NCBI GenBank assembly: GCA_016235365.1
Contig: JACRLF010000026.1
Span: 1 to 46,303 of the forward strand
DNA length: 46,303 nucleotides
Direction of reading: 5' to 3'
Origin: Deltaproteobacteria bacterium
GTDB taxonomy: Bacteria; Desulfobacterota; GWC2-55-46
Shown piece after piece: positions 18,115 through 26,383 of this stretch (the first letter of the stretch is position 1; every line of letters starts with the position of its first letter). Made by a program: the position numbers and the translations under genes. The notes under the pieces are model-generated. The model ran no database searches, was not told the origin of the DNA, and was given only the letters and a program-made list of their open reading frames with translations.

Positions 18115-18339
18115 ATGGCCAGGATCACTGTCGAGGACTGTCTGAAAAAGGTGCCGAGCAGGTTCGCGCTCGTGCATATCGCCGCGCAGAGGGGCAGGCA
18201 ATTATTGAAGGGCGCCCCGGCGCTTGTAAAGACCGACAACAAGGTCGTGGTCACGGCGTTGAGGGAGGTGGCGTCCGGCCTTGTAACCATTGCGGACGCG
18301 GCGGCGAAAGGCCACAAGAAGAGCGAACAGAACGTTTAA
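18115..18339 (+). CDS. rpoZ: DNA-directed RNA polymerase subunit omega
   Basis: MARITVEDCLKKVPSRFALVHIAAQRGRQL is the canonical omega N-terminus. The stop codon TAA (18337-18339) lies inside a repeat module. Confidence 0.95.
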   Translation: MARITVEDCLKKVPSRFALVHIAAQRGRQLLKGAPALVKTDNKVVVTALREVASGLVTIADAAAKGHKKSEQNV

Positions 18340-18531
18340 TGTTCCCTTCTGGGTCTAATCCCCGCAATATGATCGACGGTACCAACGGATGCCCCGGAGC
18401 TTGCTCCTGGGTGGTTGAAGCTCCCCGCGGCAAGCCGCGGGGAATCTTCGACATATAAGGGAGTATATATTTCTATTCGCTCGCTTGACCCCGCAGCAAG
18501 CTGCGGGGAATGCGCTCGCTATGCATGTTCA
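18335..18531 (-). repeat. Mosaic repeat cluster with a long-form composite element in reverse orientation (18415-18531)
   Basis: Modules are 18335-18366 (TTTAATGTTCCCTTCTGGGTCTAATCCCCGC), 18392-18416 (CCCCGGAGCTTGCTCCTGGG-TGGTT), and the reverse complement of the 11281-11394 element. Confidence 0.9.
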
Positions 18532-20160
18532 TGGCAGCCTCCACCTGTCCGAAAGCCCCGCTTCCATCCTCGGTACGGCGGCCAGAAGCCTTTTGGTGTA
18601 TTCGTGCGCCGGCCTGGAGAATATATCCCCGGTAACCCCGCGCTCCACTATCTTCCCGTTGTACATGACCGCCACCTCGTCCGCCACGTACTCCACCACG
18701 CCGAGGTCGTGCGTTATGAAGAGGAAGGATAGGCCGAAGTCCCTCTGTATCGATTTAAGCAGGTTCAGTATCTGGGCCTGGACAGAGACGTCGAGCGCGC
18801 TTACGGCCTCGTCGCATACTATGAACTCCGGGTCCACGGCCAGGGCCCTGGCTATCCCTATCCTCTGACGCTGCCCTCCGGAGAACTCGTGCGGGTACCT
18901 GTACATCATGTCGGGCGTGAGCCCGACCCTCTCCAGCACCTCGGCCGTCTTTTCGCGGCGGAGTTTCCCCGTCATCCCCGGCTTCAACGCCTTCAGCCCC
19001 TCTTCGATGGTATCCTTTACCATGAGCCTCGGGTTGAGCGAGGAGTACGGGTCCTGGAATATTATCTGGATGAGGGAGCGCTCCTTTTTTAGCTCGCCCG
19101 GGCTCAGCTTCGAGAGGTCCCTGCCCTTGAAAAGTATCTCCCCGGCCGTCGGCTTAATGAGCTGTATGATAGCCTTTCCGGCGGTGGTCTTGCCGCACCC
19201 CGACTCCCCGACAAGGGCGAGGGTGGAGCCCTTCCTTATCTCAAGGTCGACCCCGTCCACGGCCTTTACGCACCCGACAATCCTCTTGAGCAGCCCCTTG
19301 CGCACCGGGTAGTAGGCCTTGAGCCCCATTACCTTCAGGAGCGGCTCCCTCGATATGTGCGGCTCGGAAAGCAGTGGCGGCGCCTCGGCGGCGCGTTTTA
19401 GCGGCCTTGAGAGCGAGCCGGACATGAACTCCGGGTCGTGGATGTGGCAGGCGACGAAGTGCCCGCTCCCCCGCTCCATGAGCGCCGGGGCGATTGCGGC
19501 GCACCCCGCCATCTCCATCGGGCACCTCCCGGAGAAGCGGCAGCCCTCCGGATAAGAGGTGGCCGGGGGCACGGTCCCGGCTATCGTGTCGAGCATATGG
19601 CCCCTTTTTTCCTGGGCCGGCATCGAGCGCAGGAGCTTTATGGTGTAGGGGTGGAGCGGGTCCCTGAATATCGACCTTGCCGGGGCCATCTCCGCCATCC
19701 TGCCGGCGTACATGACCCCGACCGTATCCGCGTTCCGGTAGACGAGGGCGAGGTTGTGCGTTATCAGCAGGACCGCCGTGCCCATAGACGCCTTCAGCTC
19801 GTTTATAAGGTCTATTATCTGTGCCTGGATGGTGACGTCGAGCGCGGTGGTCGGCTCGTCCGCTATGAGGAGGTCGGGCTTGCAGGCAAGGGCTATGGCT
19901 ATCATCACCCTCTGGCGCATGCCCCCGGAGAGCCTGTGCGGGTATTCGTGGAGGATGTTCTCGGGGTCGGGAAGCCCCACGCGCCTGAACATATCCACGG
20001 CAGCGGCGCGGGCCTGCGCCCTTCCCTTTTTCTGGTGGAGCCTTATGGTCTCCATTATCTGCTCCCCTATCGTGAACACGGGGTTGAGCGAGGTCATGGG
20101 CTCCTGGAATATCATCGAGACCTTGTTGCCCCTTAACCTGCGCTTCTCGCGTTCGCTCAA
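18529..20160 (-). CDS. Fused double-NBD ABC ATPase of a YejF/GsiA-like peptide importer, 5'-disrupted (first Walker A missing)
   Basis: Two signature/Walker B sets (LSGGMRQR...LLIADEPTTALD and FSGGQRQR...FIVCDEAVSALD) but only the second Walker A (GESGCGKTT). The open frame starts at the Q-loop region (...VSMIFQEP). The true N-terminus, MPAPVIQVKNLKTYFNI, sits in another frame at 20181-20255. Confidence 0.85.
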   Translation of the reverse strand: MSEREKRRLRGNKVSMIFQEPMTSLNPVFTIGEQIMETIRLHQKKGRAQARAAAVDMFRRVGLPDPENILHEYPHRLSGGMRQRVMIAIALACKPDLLIADEPTTALDVTIQAQIIDLINELKASMGTAVLLITHNLALVYRNADTVGVMYAGRMAEMAPARSIFRDPLHPYTIKLLRSMPAQEKRGHMLDTIAGTVPPATSYPEGCRFSGRCPMEMAGCAAIAPALMERGSGHFVACHIHDPEFMSGSLSRPLKRAAEAPPLLSEPHISREPLLKVMGLKAYYPVRKGLLKRIVGCVKAVDGVDLEIRKGSTLALVGESGCGKTTAGKAIIQLIKPTAGEILFKGRDLSKLSPGELKKERSLIQIIFQDPYSSLNPRLMVKDTIEEGLKALKPGMTGKLRREKTAEVLERVGLTPDMMYRYPHEFSGGQRQRIGIARALAVDPEFIVCDEAVSALDVSVQAQILNLLKSIQRDFGLSFLFITHDLGVVEYVADEVAVMYNGKIVERGVTGDIFSRPAHEYTKRLLAAVPRMEAGLSDRWRLP

Positions 20161-20180
20161 GGGGATTATGTCCGTCCCGT

Positions 20181-20255
20181 TCAGGAGTATCTCCCCGCCC
20201 GCGATATATTGAAGTAGGTCTTGAGGTTTTTTACCTGTATGACAGGGGCTGGCAT
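20181..20255 (-). pseudogene. Detached 5' remnant of the ABC ATPase gene (24 codons)
   Basis: ATG at 20255 gives MPAPVIQVKNLKTYFNISRAGRYS*. The first 17 residues match the beta-strand that precedes Walker A in YejF/OppD-type ATPases. The sequence then jumps, out of frame, to the GEILLNGTDI...LSEREK region. Confidence 0.75.
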
Positions 20256-20264
20256 GTTTTTAGC

Positions 20265-20650
20265 GTTTCCTTCGGATACCCCGATAGAAAAGCCGCGGGG
20301 TGGTTCGTTCTCTCGTAGGGTCTAATACCCGCAGCTTGCCGCGCTTTTACAAGAGGACCTTTTGCGCGCTGCCGCGCGCTTTCGGGGTATTGCTCCGCTC
20401 GCTGTCAAGCGGGCTCGCGGCAAAACACGAGGCCCGCTCGCCCGTTCTCCTTTATGCTCGCTATACAATACCCCTTGTATTCTGTTAAAGAACGATACAA
20501 AAAACGCTACTTGCAATGAGGTTGAGGATTTAGTTTTTAACGTTCTGAAACCCCTGGGGCTTTTGATCCACGGGAGGTTTCATATGCCCCGATAGAAAGG
20601 CCTCGGGGCGGTTTATTGTTTACTTCCGGCGTTATACCCTTGTCTGACGG
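20265..20650. repeat. Repeat-filled gap inside the ABC operon (at least five hairpin modules)
   Basis: Modules are 20279-20305 and 20587-20613 (CCCCGATAGAAA..CGGGG-YGGTT), 20306-20344 (GGGTCTAATACCCGCAGCTTGCCGCGC), a decayed composite element at about 20384-20474 (GGGGTATTG...CAATACCCC), and 20542-20582 (GTTCTGAAACC...GGTTTCA). Confidence 0.8.
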
Positions 20651-20652
20651 CC

Positions 20653-21825
20653 CTACCTCATCCTCAGGCGGGGGTCGAGCGCGTCCCTTACCGCGTCCCC
20701 GAATATGTTGGCCGGGAGCACGATTGCGAACATGAAGGCGAACGCCGCTAAGAGGTTCCACCATACCACGGGCTCTCTGCTGAGCTCAAGGCGCGCGGTG
20801 TTTATCATGTTGCCCCAGCTCCCCATCTCCGGGCCCACGCCTATGCCTATGTAGCTCAAGACGGCCTCGGCGAGCACGAGGCCGCTGAACTGCAGGACAA
20901 ACGTTATGAGCACGAGGTGCATGACGTTGGGCACGATGTGCCTGTAGAGTATCCTTAGCCCCGATACACCGAAGGCCCTTGACGCCTGCACGTACTCAAG
21001 CTCCCGGAGCTTGAGCGTCTCCCCCCTTATGAGCCTGCACAGGTCCGTCCATGAGGTTATCCCGAGGATGAGGCAGAGCCAGAAGAGCCTGTCGTTCGGC
21101 ACGAATACGCCGGCCGCCAGGTCCTTTTCGGAGATAAAGCCGCCCTGGTAGCCGGAGCCGCCGAAAAGGAGCATGAAGGCCACTATGAGGAGCACCCCGG
21201 GGATGGAGGAGAGCGTGGTGTAGACGTACTGGACGATATCGTCGACGGCCCCCCCGTAGTACCCTGCTATGACGCCGAAGAATATGGCGAACGGGATTAT
21301 TATGATGGTGGTGCCGGCCCCTATCACCACGCCGGTGCGCACCCCCTTGAGCGCGGCGAAGAAGACGTCGTTGCCGACCTTGTCGGTCCCGAGCCAGTGG
21401 CCCCCCGGGTGCTTGAGCTCCGGGTAGTCCCGCGCCACGGTCCCGTCGGCAAGCTCAACGGACTCCTTCGTATAAAGATGAGCGGCGAACGGAGCCGAGT
21501 AGGTCTTCTCCGTATCGAGCCTTGAGCCGGCGAACGCCCTGTCAAGGAGGCTCAAGGCCTGCGGGCTGTATACGGTCGAGCCCTGGGCTGAGCGCACCGC
21601 CGCGCCATTGCCGTCAACAACGGCGTCCCTGTAGCGTATGCTGTCAAGGAGCGCCACCCCAAGGTAGACGGCGAGTATCGCCATCGAGACCATGGCGAGC
21701 CTCTTCCTTTTCAGCTCATGCCATGCCGTCCTGAGGGTCCCTTCCCTCCTTACGCCGACGGAGAAGTATACTGTCATGGCGATAAGGAAGTAGACTATGA
21801 GGTCCGTTGATAAGATTATTGGCAT
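20653..21825 (-). CDS. ABC peptide transporter permease (YejE/DppC-like, with long periplasmic N-terminal insert)
   Basis: BPD_transp_1 EAA-type loop (YVQASRAFGVSGLRILYRHIVPN) and six TM segments; 390 aa. Confidence 0.9.
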   Translation of the reverse strand: MPIILSTDLIVYFLIAMTVYFSVGVRREGTLRTAWHELKRKRLAMVSMAILAVYLGVALLDSIRYRDAVVDGNGAAVRSAQGSTVYSPQALSLLDRAFAGSRLDTEKTYSAPFAAHLYTKESVELADGTVARDYPELKHPGGHWLGTDKVGNDVFFAALKGVRTGVVIGAGTTIIIIPFAIFFGVIAGYYGGAVDDIVQYVYTTLSSIPGVLLIVAFMLLFGGSGYQGGFISEKDLAAGVFVPNDRLFWLCLILGITSWTDLCRLIRGETLKLRELEYVQASRAFGVSGLRILYRHIVPNVMHLVLITFVLQFSGLVLAEAVLSYIGIGVGPEMGSWGNMINTARLELSREPVVWWNLLAAFAFMFAIVLPANIFGDAVRDALDPRLRMR

Positions 21826-21901
21826 ATCCGGGGTACTGTGTGCGGCGAGGCCGCTTCTGCGCCCTCCGCTGATTATCCTTTCACGGCCCGCGGCCGTTGG
21901 T

Positions 21902-22882
21902 TTACTCGAACCTGACCCTCGGGTCCACGAGGGTGTAGCTTATGTCCGTCAGTATGAGCCCGGCGATGTACAGGAGCGAGCCGAGATATACCATAGACCT
22001 CACTATGGCGAAGTCCTGGGACTGTATGGCGTCTATGGTGAAGCTCCCGAGCCCAGGTATGGCGAAGAACGTCTCCATCAGGAGGGACCCGTAGAAGAGG
22101 AACGGTATGGAGACGACGACGTTCGTCAATATCGGAATCATCGCGTTCTTCAGGGCGTGCTTGAAGAGCACCGCGCCTTCGGACAACCCCTTGGCCCTGG
22201 CCGTGCGTATGTAGTCCTTGCCGGTCTCCTCCAGGAATACCGTCCTGTAGAACCGGATGCCCACGCCCACCGAGCTCAAGACCCCGATGACCACCGGCAG
22301 CACGAGGAACTTCATCGAATATATCCCGTGGTCGTAGCCCGATATGGGGAAGAGCTTCAACTCCTTGCCGAGGAGGTACTGCCCGCCGATGATGTAAAAG
22401 AGCGCCGAAACCGACATCATTACAACGCCGAGCACGACGCCCCAGAGGTCGAGGTACGTGCCCCTGAAGTACGCCAGCGCCATCGCGAAGACTATCTCCA
22501 GAAAGACCCCGAGCGTGAACGTAGGCAGGCTTATGGCGAGGCTCGCCCACATCCTGGAGCGTATCTCGCTCCCTATGTCTATGTTGTTCCTGTCGGACCT
22601 CCCGAAGTCGAGCCAGAGAAGCGGGACGGACTTCTGGAAGAATATGGTCTGGGTGAGCCTTGCCGCTCCGCGCTCTTTTCCGTTTATGAAAGAGGGCAGG
22701 CTGTAGCCGTGGTCCCTCTTCCAGTTCTCTATGGCCGCGGGCGTGACGTTCTTCTCCCCGAGGATCTTCCTCGCCATGTCGTCCGGAGTGTTCACGTAGA
22801 AAAAAAGGAGCGCGGTCAGCAGGTTCACGCCGATAACGATGGGTATGGCGTAGAGTATGCGCCTTATTATGTATGTGAGCAT
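21902..22882 (-). CDS. ABC peptide transporter permease (YejB/DppB-like)
   Basis: MLTYIIRRILYAIPIVIGVNLLTALLF N-terminus and YIRTARAKGLSEGAVLFKHALKNAMIP loop. Confidence 0.9.
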   Translation of the reverse strand: MLTYIIRRILYAIPIVIGVNLLTALLFFYVNTPDDMARKILGEKNVTPAAIENWKRDHGYSLPSFINGKERGAARLTQTIFFQKSVPLLWLDFGRSDRNNIDIGSEIRSRMWASLAISLPTFTLGVFLEIVFAMALAYFRGTYLDLWGVVLGVVMMSVSALFYIIGGQYLLGKELKLFPISGYDHGIYSMKFLVLPVVIGVLSSVGVGIRFYRTVFLEETGKDYIRTARAKGLSEGAVLFKHALKNAMIPILTNVVVSIPFLFYGSLLMETFFAIPGLGSFTIDAIQSQDFAIVRSMVYLGSLLYIAGLILTDISYTLVDPRVRFE

Positions 22883-22917
22883 AGGATGTTTTTTTCGAGC
22901 CGGCTAAGGCCGGCGCC

Positions 22918-25149
22918 TCACTTTTTCTTCCCCGCCCTCTTCCTTACGATGGAGATTATCGCCGGTATGGAGCCGAGGGCGAGGACTATCGCTATTGCCC
23001 ATATGGGCCGGAGATCGGGCCTGTTCCACCCCTCTCTCCGCCTCTCCCTCAGCGTTGCGTCTATCTTAAGGTACTTCATCGTGTTGTTGGCCATGGCGTT
23101 TGATTTGACGTTGCCCACCCAGTCGTGCAACAGGGCGAACGCCACGGGGTGATACCCCCAGACCCAGGGTCCGTCCCTCTGCGCTATCGAGAGCATCTCC
23201 CTTATGACCTTGAGGCGCTCGGGGGAGTTGTCCATGTTCTCCATGATTCTGAAGAGCCGGTCGAACTCCGGGGAGCTGTAGTTGGAGACGTTCTCGCCCT
23301 GGGAAGATACCTTGCTGTTGGGGCCCGCGAGGAGGAAGAGGAAGTTCTCGGGGTCCGGGTAATCGGCGTTCCACCCCCAGCAGAAGAACTGGAAGTTCCC
23401 CTTGAGCATCTTTTCCTGGAAGCGGTTGTAGTCGGTCGTCCTGTTCTCGAGCTGGATGCCCAGGAGCTTGAACCTCTTTATATACCAGTTTATCATCGTG
23501 GAGGCGTCCACGCCCGTCCACGGGTTGTCGAAGGTGATGACAAGGGGTCTGCCCTCCCCGTCCCTTCCGCCCGGATACCCGGCCTCCTCCATGAGCCTGC
23601 GCGCCTCTTCGATGGACTTCCTGACGGGCCTGTTCCTGGCCCTATCCCAGCCGTATACGTAAGGGTCCACGCCGTCCGCGCCTTCGATGTGGCCGAATAT
23701 ACCGGGCGGGAGCGGCGACATCGCGGGGATGCCCCTGCCGTTGTTGAATATCTCTATGTACTCTTCGTAATCGAGCGCGATGGAGACGGCCTGCCTCAAT
23801 TTCCGCTTATCCGGCCCATAGCCACCGACGGCGCCGTCGAGCATGTTGAACCCGCAGTAGTATGTGGAGGGCCTTACGGAGGTCGCAAGGCGTATCCCCT
23901 TCTTCTTCATGGCGTCCGTGAGCTCGGCCCTTCCGGCGGCGGAGACGGAGACCGCCTGGTCGAAGCTGTCCGAGGTTATGCCGGAGGTGTCGTAGTAGCC
24001 CTGCAGGAACTTGTTCCAGCGCGGGATCGCCTCTTTTTCGAGCTTGAAGACGATCCTGTCTATGAAGGGCAGGTCTTTGCCGGCGTCCCTCAGAAGGCCG
24101 CTTGCGAGGTCGCCCTCCTCACCCCTCCGGGGGTAGCCCTCCTCATGGAAGTTTTTGTTCCTCGCGAGGACTATCTCCATATTGGGGTTGAAGGTGTCTA
24201 TCATGTAGGGGCCGGTGCCCACGGGGAACCGGTCGAGCGTTATGTTCCTGTCGGCGAGAGGCCCCTGTTTGTAGAACAGGTCGGCCTCCCGGGGCAAAGG
24301 CGAGAAAAAAGGCATCGCGAGCCAGTATACGAACTGCGGGTACTTGGCCTTAAGTGTTATCCTGAAGGTATGGTCGTCGACCTTCTCTACGCCGGGGAGC
24401 GGATGCCGCCTGTAGTCGAGCGCTATCGGGTCTTCCTTCTCATCGACGGTCTGGTTGTATGAGGCCCCTCTAACCGCCCTCCTCCTTGCCCGCGCCTCTT
24501 CAAGGTCAATTCTGAGGAGGTCGGAGAACTCCTTGAGCCCCAGGATATATTTTTCGAGTATGGATAATACAGGGCTCTCTATCTGCGGGTCCGCAAGCCT
24601 CATTATCCCGTATATATAGTCGTCGGCCTTGAGCTCGCGTGCGCCCGTTGCACGGAAGTCCTTTATCTCGTGGACGTCCTTGACGTCCTGGGGCTTGAGC
24701 CCCAGGTAGAGCGCCTTGCCAAAGGCGTCCGTGGCAAAGGCCGGGTGGGGCTGGTACATGACCCCTTTATTGACTTTTATTTCGTAGACCGCTCGCCAGA
24801 CCCTCTGCGCCGGGGCGTCATGGTCCAGCGCCCGCATCTCCTTATCGTAATAGAGAGGCTCCGGGACCCTCCCGGTATTCCGCGGCTCCAGCTCGTAGGG
24901 GCGCGCGAGGTAATGGTATTGGAGCGGGGGTTCGTATATCTGGCCGATGAGGTCGTATTCGTCTGAGCTGTACGCCCTTGCCGGGTCGAGGTGCTTCGGG
25001 GGTTCGTTGAAGGTGGTATAAAAGACGTTCGCGCCCTTCTCCGAAGACCGGTAGGGGTCGTTGGTGCAGCCGGCCATAAAGACGCAGAAAAGGAGAGAGG
25101 CCGTTGCCGGCAACAGATGCCGTGAAAAGATATTTCTTATGGTACGCAC
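22918..25149 (-). CDS. Family-5 (peptide/nickel) ABC substrate-binding lipoprotein, YejA-like, with extra C-terminal TM helix
   Basis: SBP_bac_5 body. The preferred start is GTG at 25149, giving MRTIRNIFSRHLLPATASLLFCVFMAGC (signal peptide plus lipobox); the track ORF extends to an ATG at 25218. The C-terminus IWAIAIVLALGSIPAIISIVRKRAGKKK is a predicted TM anchor. Confidence 0.85.
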   Translation of the reverse strand: MRTIRNIFSRHLLPATASLLFCVFMAGCTNDPYRSSEKGANVFYTTFNEPPKHLDPARAYSSDEYDLIGQIYEPPLQYHYLARPYELEPRNTGRVPEPLYYDKEMRALDHDAPAQRVWRAVYEIKVNKGVMYQPHPAFATDAFGKALYLGLKPQDVKDVHEIKDFRATGARELKADDYIYGIMRLADPQIESPVLSILEKYILGLKEFSDLLRIDLEEARARRRAVRGASYNQTVDEKEDPIALDYRRHPLPGVEKVDDHTFRITLKAKYPQFVYWLAMPFFSPLPREADLFYKQGPLADRNITLDRFPVGTGPYMIDTFNPNMEIVLARNKNFHEEGYPRRGEEGDLASGLLRDAGKDLPFIDRIVFKLEKEAIPRWNKFLQGYYDTSGITSDSFDQAVSVSAAGRAELTDAMKKKGIRLATSVRPSTYYCGFNMLDGAVGGYGPDKRKLRQAVSIALDYEEYIEIFNNGRGIPAMSPLPPGIFGHIEGADGVDPYVYGWDRARNRPVRKSIEEARRLMEEAGYPGGRDGEGRPLVITFDNPWTGVDASTMINWYIKRFKLLGIQLENRTTDYNRFQEKMLKGNFQFFCWGWNADYPDPENFLFLLAGPNSKVSSQGENVSNYSSPEFDRLFRIMENMDNSPERLKVIREMLSIAQRDGPWVWGYHPVAFALLHDWVGNVKSNAMANNTMKYLKIDATLRERRREGWNRPDLRPIWAIAIVLALGSIPAIISIVRKRAGKKK

Positions 25150-25309
25150 CTTTCCGGGGGTTCCAGGTAAGACGTGGTCGTTTTGCCGCCGTTTTACAGA
25201 GCGCCCATTATATAACAAATCGATATGCTTGAGAAGAGGCGATTCAGGGCGGATTGAGGAAGGGGGAGTCTTCGGTATGTGGGACGGCGGAGGTCATGCC
25301 GCAAAGAAC

Positions 25310-26344
25310 TCAGCCATCATCCCTCTTTATATGCACCGTACGCTGCGGGAACGGTATCTCTATGCCCTTTTCATTGAATTTTTTCAGTATCCTCTTCCTC
25401 AGCTCGTGCTGAACGAGGTACTGGTCGACGAACTCGTTTACATGGCATGTGAGCGTGAAATCGAGCGAACTGGGGCCGAACCCGGGGATGAACCTCACGG
25501 ACGGCTCAGGCGCGCTTAGAAGCCCGGGGACTTCCCCGGCGGCCTCTTTCGCTATCTCCACGAGTATATTCTCAACCTCCTCCGGGTCGCAGGAATAGCT
25601 TACGCTTACGGGGACCGAGAGGGACATCCTCTTTTCCGGCATGGAGTAATTCGTCACCACGCTCTGCGAAAGCTTGCTGTTGGGGATGATGACCATGTTG
25701 TTCGGGAGCATCCTCACCCTCGTCGTCCTCCACGTAATATCATCCACGTAGCCTTCCTGCCCGGTCTCGAGCTTAATGAAGTCGCCTATCCTTATGGACT
25801 TCTCAACCAGTATGTGTATGCCCGCGAACAGGTTGGCCAGCGTGTCCTGGAGGGCGAGGGCCACGGCGAGGCCGCCGACGCCGAGGGCCGTGATAAGGGG
25901 CGTTATGGATATCCCGATGACGCTCAGGACTATCAGGATGCCCACTATGTATATGGTCCCCTTCAGTATCCCCTGCGCAAGGCCCGTGGCCGGGATAGGG
26001 AGCTCCATCCTCTGGACATAGCTGTTGAACGCCTTTTCCGACAGGTTTGCAACCGCCGTCGTGATGGAGAGTATCACGAGGGCGTGGATGGCCTTGCCCG
26101 GATAGACGACGTACTTCGCCGGCAGATCGGAGGTCGCCAGCCCCACGTAGATGCCGATGGCCACTGCCCAGTAGATGGAAGGCGTCTTCAACGACCCGAT
26201 TATAATGTCGTCGGCCTGCGTCCTCGTCTTTTCCGCCCATCTGTGCAGGACCTTTATCGTTATGAACCTTGCTATCAGGAGAAAGGAAGCGGTTGCCACG
26301 GTTATAACGGCGGGGACTATCAGCCTTTCCAAATAAACGGCCAT
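25310..26344 (-). CDS. Small-conductance mechanosensitive channel (MscS family)
   Basis: N-terminal TM helices plus the MscS beta-domain motif IRIGDFIKLETGQEGYVDDITWRTTRVRMLPNNMVIIPNSKL. Confidence 0.9.
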   Translation of the reverse strand: MAVYLERLIVPAVITVATASFLLIARFITIKVLHRWAEKTRTQADDIIIGSLKTPSIYWAVAIGIYVGLATSDLPAKYVVYPGKAIHALVILSITTAVANLSEKAFNSYVQRMELPIPATGLAQGILKGTIYIVGILIVLSVIGISITPLITALGVGGLAVALALQDTLANLFAGIHILVEKSIRIGDFIKLETGQEGYVDDITWRTTRVRMLPNNMVIIPNSKLSQSVVTNYSMPEKRMSLSVPVSVSYSCDPEEVENILVEIAKEAAGEVPGLLSAPEPSVRFIPGFGPSSLDFTLTCHVNEFVDQYLVQHELRKRILKKFNEKGIEIPFPQRTVHIKRDDG

Positions 26345-26383
26345 CTCTTCCTCCCATGTAGCGGCTTCATCGGCCCAGTCGGA

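Noticed and set aside
21797-24462. Long antisense ORFs: 21797..23152 (451 aa), 23125..24462 (445 aa), 37741..39261 minus (506 aa), 9244..10026 minus, 15703..16620 minus, 12142..12909 minus, 33478..34356 minus.
   Set aside because: All lie opposite well-supported genes and have low-complexity R/G/P/E/H/V-rich translations with no recognisable motifs. They are the expected stop-poor mirror frames of a GC-rich genome using AGG/GAG/CTC-type codons.
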